In this document: in pieces, positions 41,323 to 50,341 of the stretch
Layout of the letters: the number at the start of each line of letters is the position of its first letter
Position numbering within the stretch: position 1 is the first letter of the stretch
Source of the DNA: Lingula anatina
Lineage: Eukaryota; Animalia; Brachiopoda
Assembly: GCA_051362555.1 (NCBI GenBank)
Contig: CM120644.1
Location: 14,468,534 to 14,532,533, forward strand
Direction: 5' to 3'
DNA length: 64,000 nucleotides
Made by a program: the position numbers and the translations under genes
Notes under the pieces: generated by a model
Told to the model about the DNA's origin: nothing
The model's input: the letters and a program-made list of their open reading frames with translations, nothing else
Databases searched by the model: none

Positions 41323-43181
41323 CATGCACATGTGTGCACGTGTGTGTGCACATGAAGAGACTGGGGAGGGGGGGGAAGCAGCTAGTGATCAAATAATTTA
41401 TAAAAACTTAAAGAAACAAAATCATAAACTTTTCTATATGCATCTACCCAAAATAAGTCTGACCTTTATCACTCTCTCCTTACCTCAGCAGTGTCTATAA
41501 AGTTTATACCTGTCTCCAGTGCTTTGTCCCATATTTTCTTAGATTCCTGTAAAATATTAAAATAAAATGTATGTATGTTCAATCGTAGATCAATTAAAAT
41601 TTGACAGATTATGAGAAGAGGACACCTGTCTTAGCCTCTGAGGTACCCTCTCCCCCTCATCCCCTTCCCCTCCTCCCCAAAAAATGATTAAAAAAGCAAA
41701 TCAAGGCAGTATCAAGAATTTTCTACAATCACTGACGATTATATTACAGTGGAAATATTATCCAAATCATCTACATCTATTGTTTTCTAGTCCCATGCAA
41801 AGTGAGACAAAATGGCTAATACATGCATCCCATCCCCACCCCGCATCTAAGGCTCTATTCCCATAGATTTTAGATCGATCTATCCCCGCGGGGAGTCTCA
41901 CTAGATTACTTTCAGATAATCCGACTTAAATGTCTGTCCCGCCTACTACAAGCTGTAAGGGTGTACTTAACTTTCGTCTCCGCCCGGCTGACAGCTATTT
42001 AGCGTGAACCCCCAGGGAGTTAGGTCGATCTAAAGTAGGTCTATCTAATCTATGGAAATGGGGTGTAATACTTGGCCTTCCCACACTTGTCTACATTTTT
42101 AATAAAAGTTATCATACAAGCAGGACTGATCTACCTCTGTGGGGATTCTTGCTTAAATCCACTCAGTGTAATCAGCTTTATTGGCTGGCATGCCCCCCTT
42201 GAGAAGCTTGGGGAAAATTAATTCTTTAGAGTAGGGGAGGGGGCATCTTGATAGTCCAAGGGTTAATTGGTCTGAAAATGGTAACATTTTCATCGGTTTT
42301 TTAATCAACGGTTCATTGGTCCAAAGGGGGCGTCTCAATAGTCCGAAGGTTCATTGGTCCGAAGGTCCATTGGTCCGAAAAACGGTAACATTTTCATCGA
42401 TTTTTTAATCAAGGGTTCATTGGTCCGAAGGTTCTGTAGTGAACATTCGGACCAATGAACCTTTGGACTATTGAACCTTCGGACTATTGCTACGGCCCCG
42501 GTCCCAAAGTTCTATAGTGAACATTAGGACCAATGAACCTTTTTGTTTACTGAACCTTCAGACTATTGCTACTGCCCTGGGGAGAGGTGGTTGCTCTGCA
42601 TTTGTGCACTACTAATACACTGTAATTGCCCCTAGTCTCTCAAGGGGGTGTGTGAGACAAATAGGCTGATCACACTGACTGCATTGTAGGGAGAATTCCT
42701 GCAGAGATAGTTCGATCCTACTAGTTTATGATGATTTTAGAGTGCATTCCCAGAGATTTAGATCGATCTAACTAGAGCGGCCGGGGTACGCATATTTGGC
42801 TGCGCACATTTCACATTAAACCTCAACTTTCAGGCCCGTAGCCAGGGGGGGTTCGGGGGGGTCGAAAGAACCACCCCTTTTGCTGGGAAAAGGTCCACTC
42901 TGGGTAAAATTTGATCTAGGAACATGAAGTTTTTATGGGAAAAGGTCCACTTTTTCAGAAAAAGAACCCCCCTTTTGAAATTGCTGGCTACGGGCCTGAC
43001 TTTAAAAATCAAAATTATTTTAACTGCATTGTTTTAACCATTAAGACACGCCGCACTTTACCTCCACGGACATCGCTCCCCAAGTTTTGTCCCCGCCAAC
43101 CTGGCCACCATTGAACTGCCAGGTGCCCAGGCAGATAGGGGACACATTCAAATCACTCCCTGGCAAGTTGACTCTCTGCAT
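21316..43181 (-). CDS. Aldo-keto reductase (AKR superfamily), 8 coding exons, 338 aa
   Basis: Exons: 43062-43181 ([33 protein letters not shown]), 41484-41546 (..GINFIDTAE), 40979-41167 ([22 protein letters not shown]), 23994-24152 ([18 protein letters not shown]), 23505-23683 ([31 protein letters not shown]), 22949-23000, 21831-21992 (..[21 protein letters not shown]), 21316-21408 (stop TAA). All introns are GT-AG and phases match. The AKR catalytic tetrad D-Y-K-H is present. Confidence 0.95.
24300..24449. repeat. ~150-bp palindromic (hairpin) element
   Basis: aaattaataaataaatataaaaacaagagacacgtatcagcccgactc ... gagtcagggttgatacatgtctcttgttttttatttatttattaattt; the first ~40 bp are also duplicated directly upstream. 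Confidence 0.6.
24549..26213. mobile_element. Tc1/mariner-derived non-autonomous foldback element inserted in a (TA)n tract
   Basis: Termini cagcattggtcaaaaagg / cctttttgaccaatgctg are flanked by (TA)n on both sides, with inverted arms of ~700 bp. Decayed DDE transposase motifs: minus strand [19 protein letters not shown] and F-D-A-E-S (cf. FSDES); plus strand [21 protein letters not shown] (cf. SPDLNPIEHLW). Confidence 0.85.
26979..27143 (+). mobile_element. 3' fragment of an RTE-clade non-LTR retrotransposon
   Basis: [18 protein letters not shown] then (frameshift) [23 protein letters not shown], followed by a (TGA)n tail; a typical RTE C-terminus. Confidence 0.75.
27991..28412 (+). mobile_element. 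Second copy of the Helentron-like element at 10441, with two internal core repeats
   Basis: aactagataagcactctgagagtgcagacctctgccaagg ... two gatccggatc.ccaccaaaaactaatca units ... (aaac)n ... aaaacataacttccttggtggagg. Confidence 0.6.
28717..29436 (+). mobile_element. Helentron/DINE-like element with ~145-bp tandem core repeats, 3'-truncated
   Basis: Starts aactagagg; about three units of aaggtcaaaggtca..gttagattgccagtat.tgacttcctattcaagttcaa..gtaac.atgggtgtatct; ends abruptly at the polypurine tract at 29437. Confidence 0.5.
29437..29573 (+). mobile_element. Polypurine tract plus a 124-bp LTR containing a tRNA-like sequence (Helenus-type TRIM 3' end)
   Basis: GGGGGGGGAGGAG (29437-29449) directly precedes TGTAGTCG... 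and the unit ends ...CGCTACA (29573): TG..CA termini with a short terminal inverted repeat. A tRNA cloverleaf lies inside. Confidence 0.65.
29473..29545 (+). pseudogene. tRNA-derived sequence with Pol III A and B boxes; probably not a functional tRNA
   Basis: Acceptor stem GGCTCGG/TCGAGCC, D-arm GCTC-AGTAGGTAA-GAGC, T-arm CCGGG-TTCGAGT-CCCGG. The anticodon arm is imperfect (G:G mismatch; loop ATGGTTT with nominal anticodon GGT and a pyrimidine at position 37). Confidence 0.7.
30988..31911 (+). pseudogene. Reverse transcriptase domain of the DIRS/Ngaro element
   Basis: [54 protein letters not shown]; premature TAG before the RNase H domain. Confidence 0.9.
32500..33430 (+). pseudogene. Tyrosine recombinase of the DIRS/Ngaro element
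   Basis: [50 protein letters not shown]; broken across several frames. Confidence 0.88.
33769..35393 (+). repeat. ~810-bp tandem duplication spanning the Ngaro 3' end and the start of the MULE coding region
   Basis: taaatagcatgttcactaaag at 33769 and 34579; both units end ctaaatggataactgtcgt; TAAA at all three junctions. Confidence 0.9.
34820..37440 (+). mobile_element. Decayed Mutator-like (MULE) DNA transposon with DDE transposase
   Basis: ORFs 35403-35834 and 35783-36850 (frameshifted in an A-run) carry [11 protein letters not shown] (D1), GSDEEKAI (D2), [10 protein letters not shown] (CxxH) and [14 protein letters not shown] (E). A possible 3' TIR remnant lies at ~37390-37440. Boundaries are approximate. 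Confidence 0.85.
40029..40383. mobile_element. MITE with 14-bp TIR and 6-bp TSD (hAT-like)
   Basis: ttacct|ctgacatgctgaaa ... tttcagcatgtctg|ttacct. Confidence 0.65.
41851..42065. mobile_element. 215-bp PIF/Harbinger-type MITE, TAA TSD (multi-copy family in this window)
   Basis: TAA|ggctctattcccatagatt ... aatctatggaaatggggtg|TAA. A near-identical copy lies at 45790-46004 and older relatives at ~14470-14692, ~23063-23265, ~52079-52337, ~52630-52819 and ~55222-55449. Confidence 0.8.
42240..42578. mobile_element. MULE/foldback-type MITE with a younger copy of the same family nested inside it (42327-42499)
   Basis: Inner copy ggggcgtctcaatagtccgaagg...ccttcggactattgctacggcccc is flanked by ggtccaaag / ggtcccaaag (~9-bp TSD). 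Outer copy ggggcatcttgatagtccaagg...ccttcagactattgctactgccct. Confidence 0.8.
42831..42998. mobile_element. MITE with CAGGCCCGTAGCCAG TIR and 5-bp TSD
   Basis: acttt|caggcccgtagccag ... ctggctacgggcctg|acttt, in AKR intron 1. Confidence 0.75.
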
Positions 43182-43839
43182 CTTCAAAGTTTCAGTGCAC
43201 TTACAGTACTGTATGTCGCTGGTATTAATACAGACAGGTCTCGGAAAGCGTGGATGTTTTACAAATTACGGTGCATTTGCCCGGGATTAACCAGCGAGGC
43301 ACAGTTCGTCACTGACAGAGTCTGTGAGATATAGAGGTCAAGCAAACAAACTGTGTCTGCAGGAGTTAATATTGTTCCAGATGAAGTAGCGTGTATTCTA
43401 TTCAACAGAGATAAAGCCGACGATTTAACGGTCCGCACTTTAAACAGATAGTATTTCTTTTTTCCTTTGATTAAACAATTAAAAGCATCACCATAAAACT
43501 GATGTACACTTAAAAATTAAAACGGGGGCATATCAAGAAAAACTTTCCTTTAATATAATAAAGGAAGTAAGAAGAATATGTTTTATTAGCCTGTGACTGT
43601 AAGAGTGCGGAGCTGCCTTGACCTAGTTAAAATTTCAGGATACTGTCACATGACAGTAACGTGATGAAGTAAGCACAGATAAGATCTGCCTGCTGACTAC
43701 TCACGGATAAATAAATAAATAATTAATTAAATAAATAGACCAATAAATAAATTAATTAATTAGTGAAGAGATTGAAAAACACTGTATCAAAAAGATTATT
43801 GATCAGGAATGGAGTGATGATCAAAATCTACAAGATTAA

Positions 43840-44468
43840 AGCAATAATAACTCTTCCTTTGAGATTCAAAAATCCGCATGAAATACATTGTAAAAAACGC
43901 ATGGAAATATATTCTATTGTATTATACCACTAAAACGGCCGTTATTGTAGGAAAACTAAAATCTGTGCTTGTCAATAGGGCTTACGATGCCTTTTTTCCG
44001 GTCGACAAGTGCATTCGTTGCTAATGACGTAATGGTGTCACGCGGATTCTCGCGTTCATTCGAGACCAAAATAACATGGCGCCAAACGCATTGGTGCAGA
44101 CGCAGACGTAAGTTGCGAGTTTTTGTACAGTGCGTCGGATAACGAAAAGCCCAGAATGGCACACATTGCGGATATAAATGCATTTTTAACAAAAAGACGA
44201 ATATATCTCATGAATCTTATATAGTGTTGTTGTTGTCTGCTTTTCCCGCGGTTTTAAGTAGGTCACCAGTGACTTTGCAATGTCAGAGAGAGCTCCGTCA
44301 GTTAAAATCTCTTAAGAGATTTTAACAAAAAACCGTACGTTTAGGAAAAAAACCCTGGATTAACTTTGAATGCAGGAATGAGGTCGTTGGCCATTGGTAA
44401 GTACGGGAAAATTGCCGTTTTTTTCAGGAAAATCCAATTTTTGGCCAAAACGAAGAGTTATTATGACT
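43840..44468. mobile_element. 629-bp TTAA-flanked non-autonomous element, Kolobok-type (copy 1)
   Basis: TTAA|agcaataataactcttc ... gaagagttattatgact|TTAA. RR...YY termini with a TTAA TSD fit Kolobok rather than piggyBac (CC...GG). Confidence 0.75.
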
Positions 44469-44642
44469 TTAATCAATTAAAATTTGTCCGTATATATGTC
44501 GTCTTCTTGAGAAGATAATATTCTATCCTTTTTCAAACGAGGCAAAAATTAAAAAAGTCATATGTATTTAAAGGTAACAGGATCATATAGTGTTTAACAC
44601 ATGAAAAGTCATGTTGTCGTCAGTGGCATGACGGCTTGTTAA

Positions 44643-45271
44643 AGTCATAATAACTCTTCGTTTTGGCCAAAAATTGGATTTTCCTGAAAAAAACGGCAAT
44701 TTTCCCGTACTTACCAATGGCCAACGACCCCATTCCTGCATTCAAAGTTAATCCAGGGTTTTTTTCCTAAACGTACGGTTTTTTGTTAAAATCTCTTAAG
44801 AGATTTTAACTGACGGAGCTCTCTCTGACATTGCAAAGTCACTGGTGACCTACTTAAAACCGCGGGAAAAGCAGACAACAACAACACTATGTAAGATTCA
44901 TGAGATATATTCGTCTTTTTGTTAAAAATGCATTTATATCCGCAATGTGTGCCATTCTGGGCTTTTCGTTATCCGACGCACTGTACAAAAACTCGCAACT
45001 TACGTCTGCGTCTGCACCAATGCGTTTGGCGCCATGTTATTTTGGTCTCGAATGAACGCGAGAATCCGCGTGACACCATTACGTCATTAGCAACGAATGC
45101 ACTTGTCGACCGGAAAAAAGGCATCGTAAGCCCTATTGACAAGCACAGATTTTAGTTTTCCTACAATAACGGCCGTTTTAGTGGTATAATACAATAGAAT
45201 ATATTTCCATGCGTTTTTTACAATGTATTTCATGCGGATTTTTGAATCTCAAAGGAAGAGTTATTATTGCT
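44643..45271. mobile_element. 629-bp TTAA-flanked element (copy 2, inverted relative to copy 1)
   Basis: TTAA|agtcataataactcttcg ... gaagagttattattgct|TTAA; reverse complement of copy 1 with about 2 substitutions seen by eye. Confidence 0.75.
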
Positions 45272-45789
45272 TTAAGATCAAGGGTTTTATTAATGATAAA
45301 TTGATGTTCTAGTGTGATAACACTACTGGTAAACAGGTAGGCCTACTGAACTTATTGAATACTAGTACATCATATTTAGGACAACTTTAACAAAATCACG
45401 TGGAAAAATTAAACTGCCGGCATCATAGAAAAAATATTTTCTCTGACTTTTGTTCATAGCAAAACGTAGTAGGGTAAATTGCCAATTAATATCATACGTG
45501 TACTGTATGTTTACTGAAATACGTATCTAAACCTTACACTTTAAATAACCCTTTTAAATTCTTAGGTTTGTGTGCGTTCGTGTGTGTGTGTGACACCCAA
45601 TTTACAAAGCAACAAAATTGACGATTTGCGCATAAGCAAGTTAGATTGTAAATAAAACAACAGAAAAGGAGTTTGTGCTCTAAAAGTGTATTGTTGTGTT
45701 TTGCGCCTGTCAGTTTAATTTATTTATTTAACGTCATCTTGCATTAAACTGCCCGCCCATTTGCCACTTCCAATTAGGCCTAACTATAA

Positions 45790-46004
45790 GGCTCTATTCC
45801 CATAGATTTTAGATCGATCTATCCCCGCGGGGAGTCTCACTAGATTACTTTCAGATAATCTGACTTAAATGTCCGTCCCGCCTACTACAAGCTGGAAGGG
45901 GGTAATTAACTTTCGTGTCCGCCCGGCTGACAGCTATTTAGCGTGAACCCCCAGGGAGTTAGGTCGATCTAAAGTAGGTCGATCTAATCTATGGAAATGG
46001 GGTG
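45790..46004. mobile_element. 215-bp Harbinger-type MITE inserted at the centre of an older palindrome (~45728-46066)
   Basis: TAA TSD; the flanks gcccatttgccacttccaatta / taattggaagtggcaaatgggc are inverted repeats. Confidence 0.8.
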
Positions 46005-47603
46005 TAAGTTACGGTTAATTGGAAGTGGCAAATGGGCTCACCGTTAAATGCATGCTGACCGTTAATTAATATTGATAGGTCTAAGGGAGCTTTTTGCATT
46101 CAAGTGTCCCCAGACGAGCGTGCTTTCCTTTCAATTTCAATTAACGCTACAAACGGGAGCTTTTCCGCCGCCGTGCTCGTCCTTTTAGGGCCCCCGTTAC
46201 CGCTATAAATACATACGGTATTTCCTAGTAACAGATGATAGATAAAGGAGATAGAGAAGAGTAGAGCGTGAGGAAATAAGATAATGTATACAGTTGAGTC
46301 AGTGTGTAGAAGCAGTAGAGAGTTTGTTAAGTCAGCACTGCAGAGTAGTAACAGTGTTGGGACTTTCAAATAGAAGTTTGATCAATAAACCTTATAGTTT
46401 TATTTTAACTGGAGGCGTCGTACGTTTGTTTAACATCGACCCATCGCCTTTGGAGAAAAAGAAAAGAACGCGACAGTATATTTTTATTGAAATAATATTA
46501 AGGTTAGTTTTTTCACATAAAAGAAATTTCACATAAAAGGTATTTTGACAAGTTTAGTTTTCAATGTACTAGTGTACTTGGTATCTACATATTGTATACC
46601 CCTTAAAAACGAGAAGCACACAAACCCCGGTAGAATTTTATTTGCGCCGAGAAACTACGTATCGAGTTTGTATTTCTTCTATCCAAATATGCTCATGAAT
46701 AAACTTCATTCAAAACTGTTTTTTTAAGGGGAAGCAAAATAGTTATTTCGTGATTAAAACACAATTTAGTAAATACTAGTACATGCAGTACAATTTATAC
46801 GTTTTTGTTTTACCCTTTTATGATTGTTTTAAAGTTGGGGCGTACACTTATATATAAAATAAATATGAAATGAAATAAAACTTTGAAAATGCCCAAACTC
46901 AAATGTCGCCACTCTTCATTCTTTTTAATGTTAAAAATCCGTTTTATACAATGCGTTTCTCCTTTTCAGTGGCGGATTTGGGGGGTGTCAGGTGGGGTCC
47001 TGACCCCCACCCCCCACCCCTTTCGATTTCTGAAAAAAATCACACCAATGGTGCCCTATTGAAATTAGAATTTTGTACATGAATCATAGTTCTAAACCGT
47101 ACCAAATGACATCGTTCACCCTCTAAAATACCAATTTTTTCGGGGCCATGATTCAGCGGGGCCCGAACTTCACGCCAAGGGGTGTGTGCACGTGGGTGGG
47201 TGGGTGGGGGTGGGGTGGGGGGGTCGGCTTCGCATCTGCGGACCCCCCCCCCCCCCTTAAATAATCCTGGATTCGCCCCTGATTTTTTAATATTTTTCTT
47301 TCGCCCTTAAAATACTAAATAAATCAATAAATACCGGGTATCTAACTAGTTAGGCCTATAATGCACCTACTTAAACTTACCTTCAATATTTTAGGATATA
47401 GCATCGTTTTGAAATCAAGGGAAAAATTAAAGTTTTACCGAAACGCAGAGTAAAGAGAGGGGGGAGGGGGAGTAAACAGCGAACACGTCCATGCACGCGT
47501 AACGTGACAGCACGGCAATCTCGTCTTGACCTAGTTTTGCGTTGATATTATCGGCTCTCATACCACATGACAGCAATATGACCTAACTGGGACGGACGGG
47601 ACC

Positions 47604-50290
47604 ATGGGGAAAGAAGCTCGTACAAGAAATGTTTGGCGACAACGAAGGAAACGTCGAGAAGTTATATTCCTCGTGCTAGCAGGACTGATGCTTTGTGCTA
47701 CGATCGTGGTACAGATACTAAAGCCAGCTGGACGGAGTGTTGAGGTTTCGGCGGTCGATGGGAGGACGCAACACAATGAAGGAAGTCGCGTTAAGAGAGC
47801 TATTGAACTGTCAGCGACAGGTAGACGTTTTGTGTATTATATATACCTGTAGTCATATGAGAGCTTAGAGACAGGTGTTTTGTTGATCGCGTGTGTACTG
47901 GTATGTTTGTTGCAAGCGTTTTATGAAATGATTCCGACATGTTTTCAGAGCATTAGAAGCACAGTTCAGTGTTTCTTCTTCTTTTTATAATACATGTATA
48001 TCTTAACTTTTATAAAATTCATATCATTAAGCATGTTATGTACGGATACGCTATAAGTGCAGAGTGTGTGTAATTTCATCTTTGGGAAAGGGGTGAATCA
48101 GATTAATTTTGTTATATAACACCTGTATTATTTATTGATTATTTTATTTAAGCTATTACTTACAATATTATATAAGTTTTATTTCAAAGAATCAAAAGAA
48201 ATTACCTCTACCTCTCACATCCCTGTGCCCATGCAAGGCAGTTGTTGATTCACATGTACTCTGTAGACAGGGTTCATAATATTACTGCAATCAATATATC
48301 CCTGCCCCTTGAATTCAGCTTGTGGCCTTAAAAAGTGCTTAAAATTAATTGCTATAATTAAGACTTGAAAAGGGCTTGTATTTCGCAATTTAGCACTCCT
48401 ATTGACGATTTTGATATGTACTGCCTGTGCACAGCCAGTAAGTATCAGAATCGTCAATAGGAGTGCTAACGCATGAATTTTCGTGCTAATCACAATTATG
48501 TCCTTAAAATGTACTCTGATTTGATCACTTGGCAATTTGTCAAAATATTATTTTAAATCTTGTAGTTTTTAACCTGAATATTAACAATAACTTGCAGAAA
48601 GGGAATACTTTTTTTTTTTTTTTAGAAATCACTTACAATTACTTTAAAATTTATTGTTTTCAGGTTTCATCATGAATATGTTAAAATACAAATTTAATAT
48701 TTGAAATAATGTCTTTCTTTCTTTGTTATGAACACTTATAAATGACAGTAATTTGCGTTCAAAGTCCTTGAAAAGTACTTGAATGAGAGCTTCAAAGTCA
48801 TTGAAAGTCCTTGAAAGTGTTATTGATGTTGTCGTATGAACCCTGCCATATACAAGTATCAGCACTTAACTTAATTGTCATACTGAACTTCTAGAGTTGA
48901 TAAAGACGGAGACGATGGGTCAAGGGTATTGGACATTATATACCCAATACACTGACCTCTTCCTTTCACTAAATAAATAAGAAACGGGATGACTAAGATA
49001 TAAATATCAGAGTCAGTGGCTTTAACATGTACATGTATATTTACATTGTATGTAGCACCTTATGTATAGATTTATCAGCATGTAACACACTTTCTGTAAG
49101 AGACTATTAAAAGATTAGGCGGTTTTCTTTTCATGTACGTTCGCCATGGCTCAACTCGACGTGAATGCGGCCTAACTGATCCCATGACTAAGTATGGTCG
49201 ACCATGCTCAAAAGCAGCGCTGCTTAATCCTCTGATGATCTCCCTGCCATTAAACAGATTAGATATCAGCTCTGATGTTTAATTGCTAGACCCCTACAGC
49301 AATGAATTAGCAGGAAGGCCGTCACGGAATTAGATGCTGCTGCTTTTAAGTTAGGTGGCCATATTTAGTCAGCAGATTTGTTAGCCCACCGATGAACATG
49401 TTCTGAATACCTCAAATTTCAGGATTCGTGGATGAATCGTAATCAGTTCATGAAATTTGTCAATTCCTGGCCATTCGTGGGATTCGTGGTCTGTGTGAAA
49501 TAGGGGCATAAGTCACACTGACTCAACAAATCTCATTTCATATGTGTACTTATGTACTTATGGAATCTCTGCAAACATATTTATTCCCAGATATTCCAAT
49601 CATTATAGATCTTATTTTGGCATCCATATCTAAACTTTCTTTTTGGTTTGTGATCAAAAATGCCATTATTGTCTGCCCTTCTCTGATCAGGAAGATTACA
49701 TACATATCTTGTCTTTGCCAGTATGCCATCTACATGTATGAGTATTTTGCAATGTTTAATATATTAATGATTTGACTGAGTGTATAAAAATTTCAAAAAA
49801 ATAATAATAATATCATAATAATACAGAGAGATAAACAAGTATAAATATAAATAACAAGAAAAGAAAAAGGCCCATTATGCTGTTAGATAAGGTGGGATAC
49901 GCTGGAAATTAAACTATCAAATGTATCACTTTGCAAATTTTATATATATATATTTTTTTAATTCATTCAGAGGAGCCCCAGAATTGCACAAAGCGTTCAG
50001 TGGAGGAATTTCCCCCTGATCTCTTCACCCTTGAGCAAAAACAGCGCTATGGCCTCATTTTTCTTCACTGTCTGGGAGCTTTGTACATGTTCAGTGCATT
50101 AGCTATTGTCTGTGATGATTATTTTGTGCCTTCTTTAGAACATATCTGTACAAGTAAGTATATTTTTATATTTACGTTTTTTTATTGTTTAGTCTGCTCT
50201 TATTTTTTTATGTTTCTAATTATGATCAAACTGATTTTTTATTCCCTTTAATTTGATTCCTAAATATATATGAATAGTATTTTTAAAGTT

Positions 50291-50341
<51 letters not shown>

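Noticed and set aside
43956-45155. Two identical 78-aa ORFs on opposite strands
   Set aside because: A mirror-image consequence of the inverted 629-bp elements; TTG start and no domain.
46070-46435. Possible solo LTR (TATA, AATAAA, ends ...taaca)
   Set aside because: No matching 5' TG terminus or TSD could be identified.
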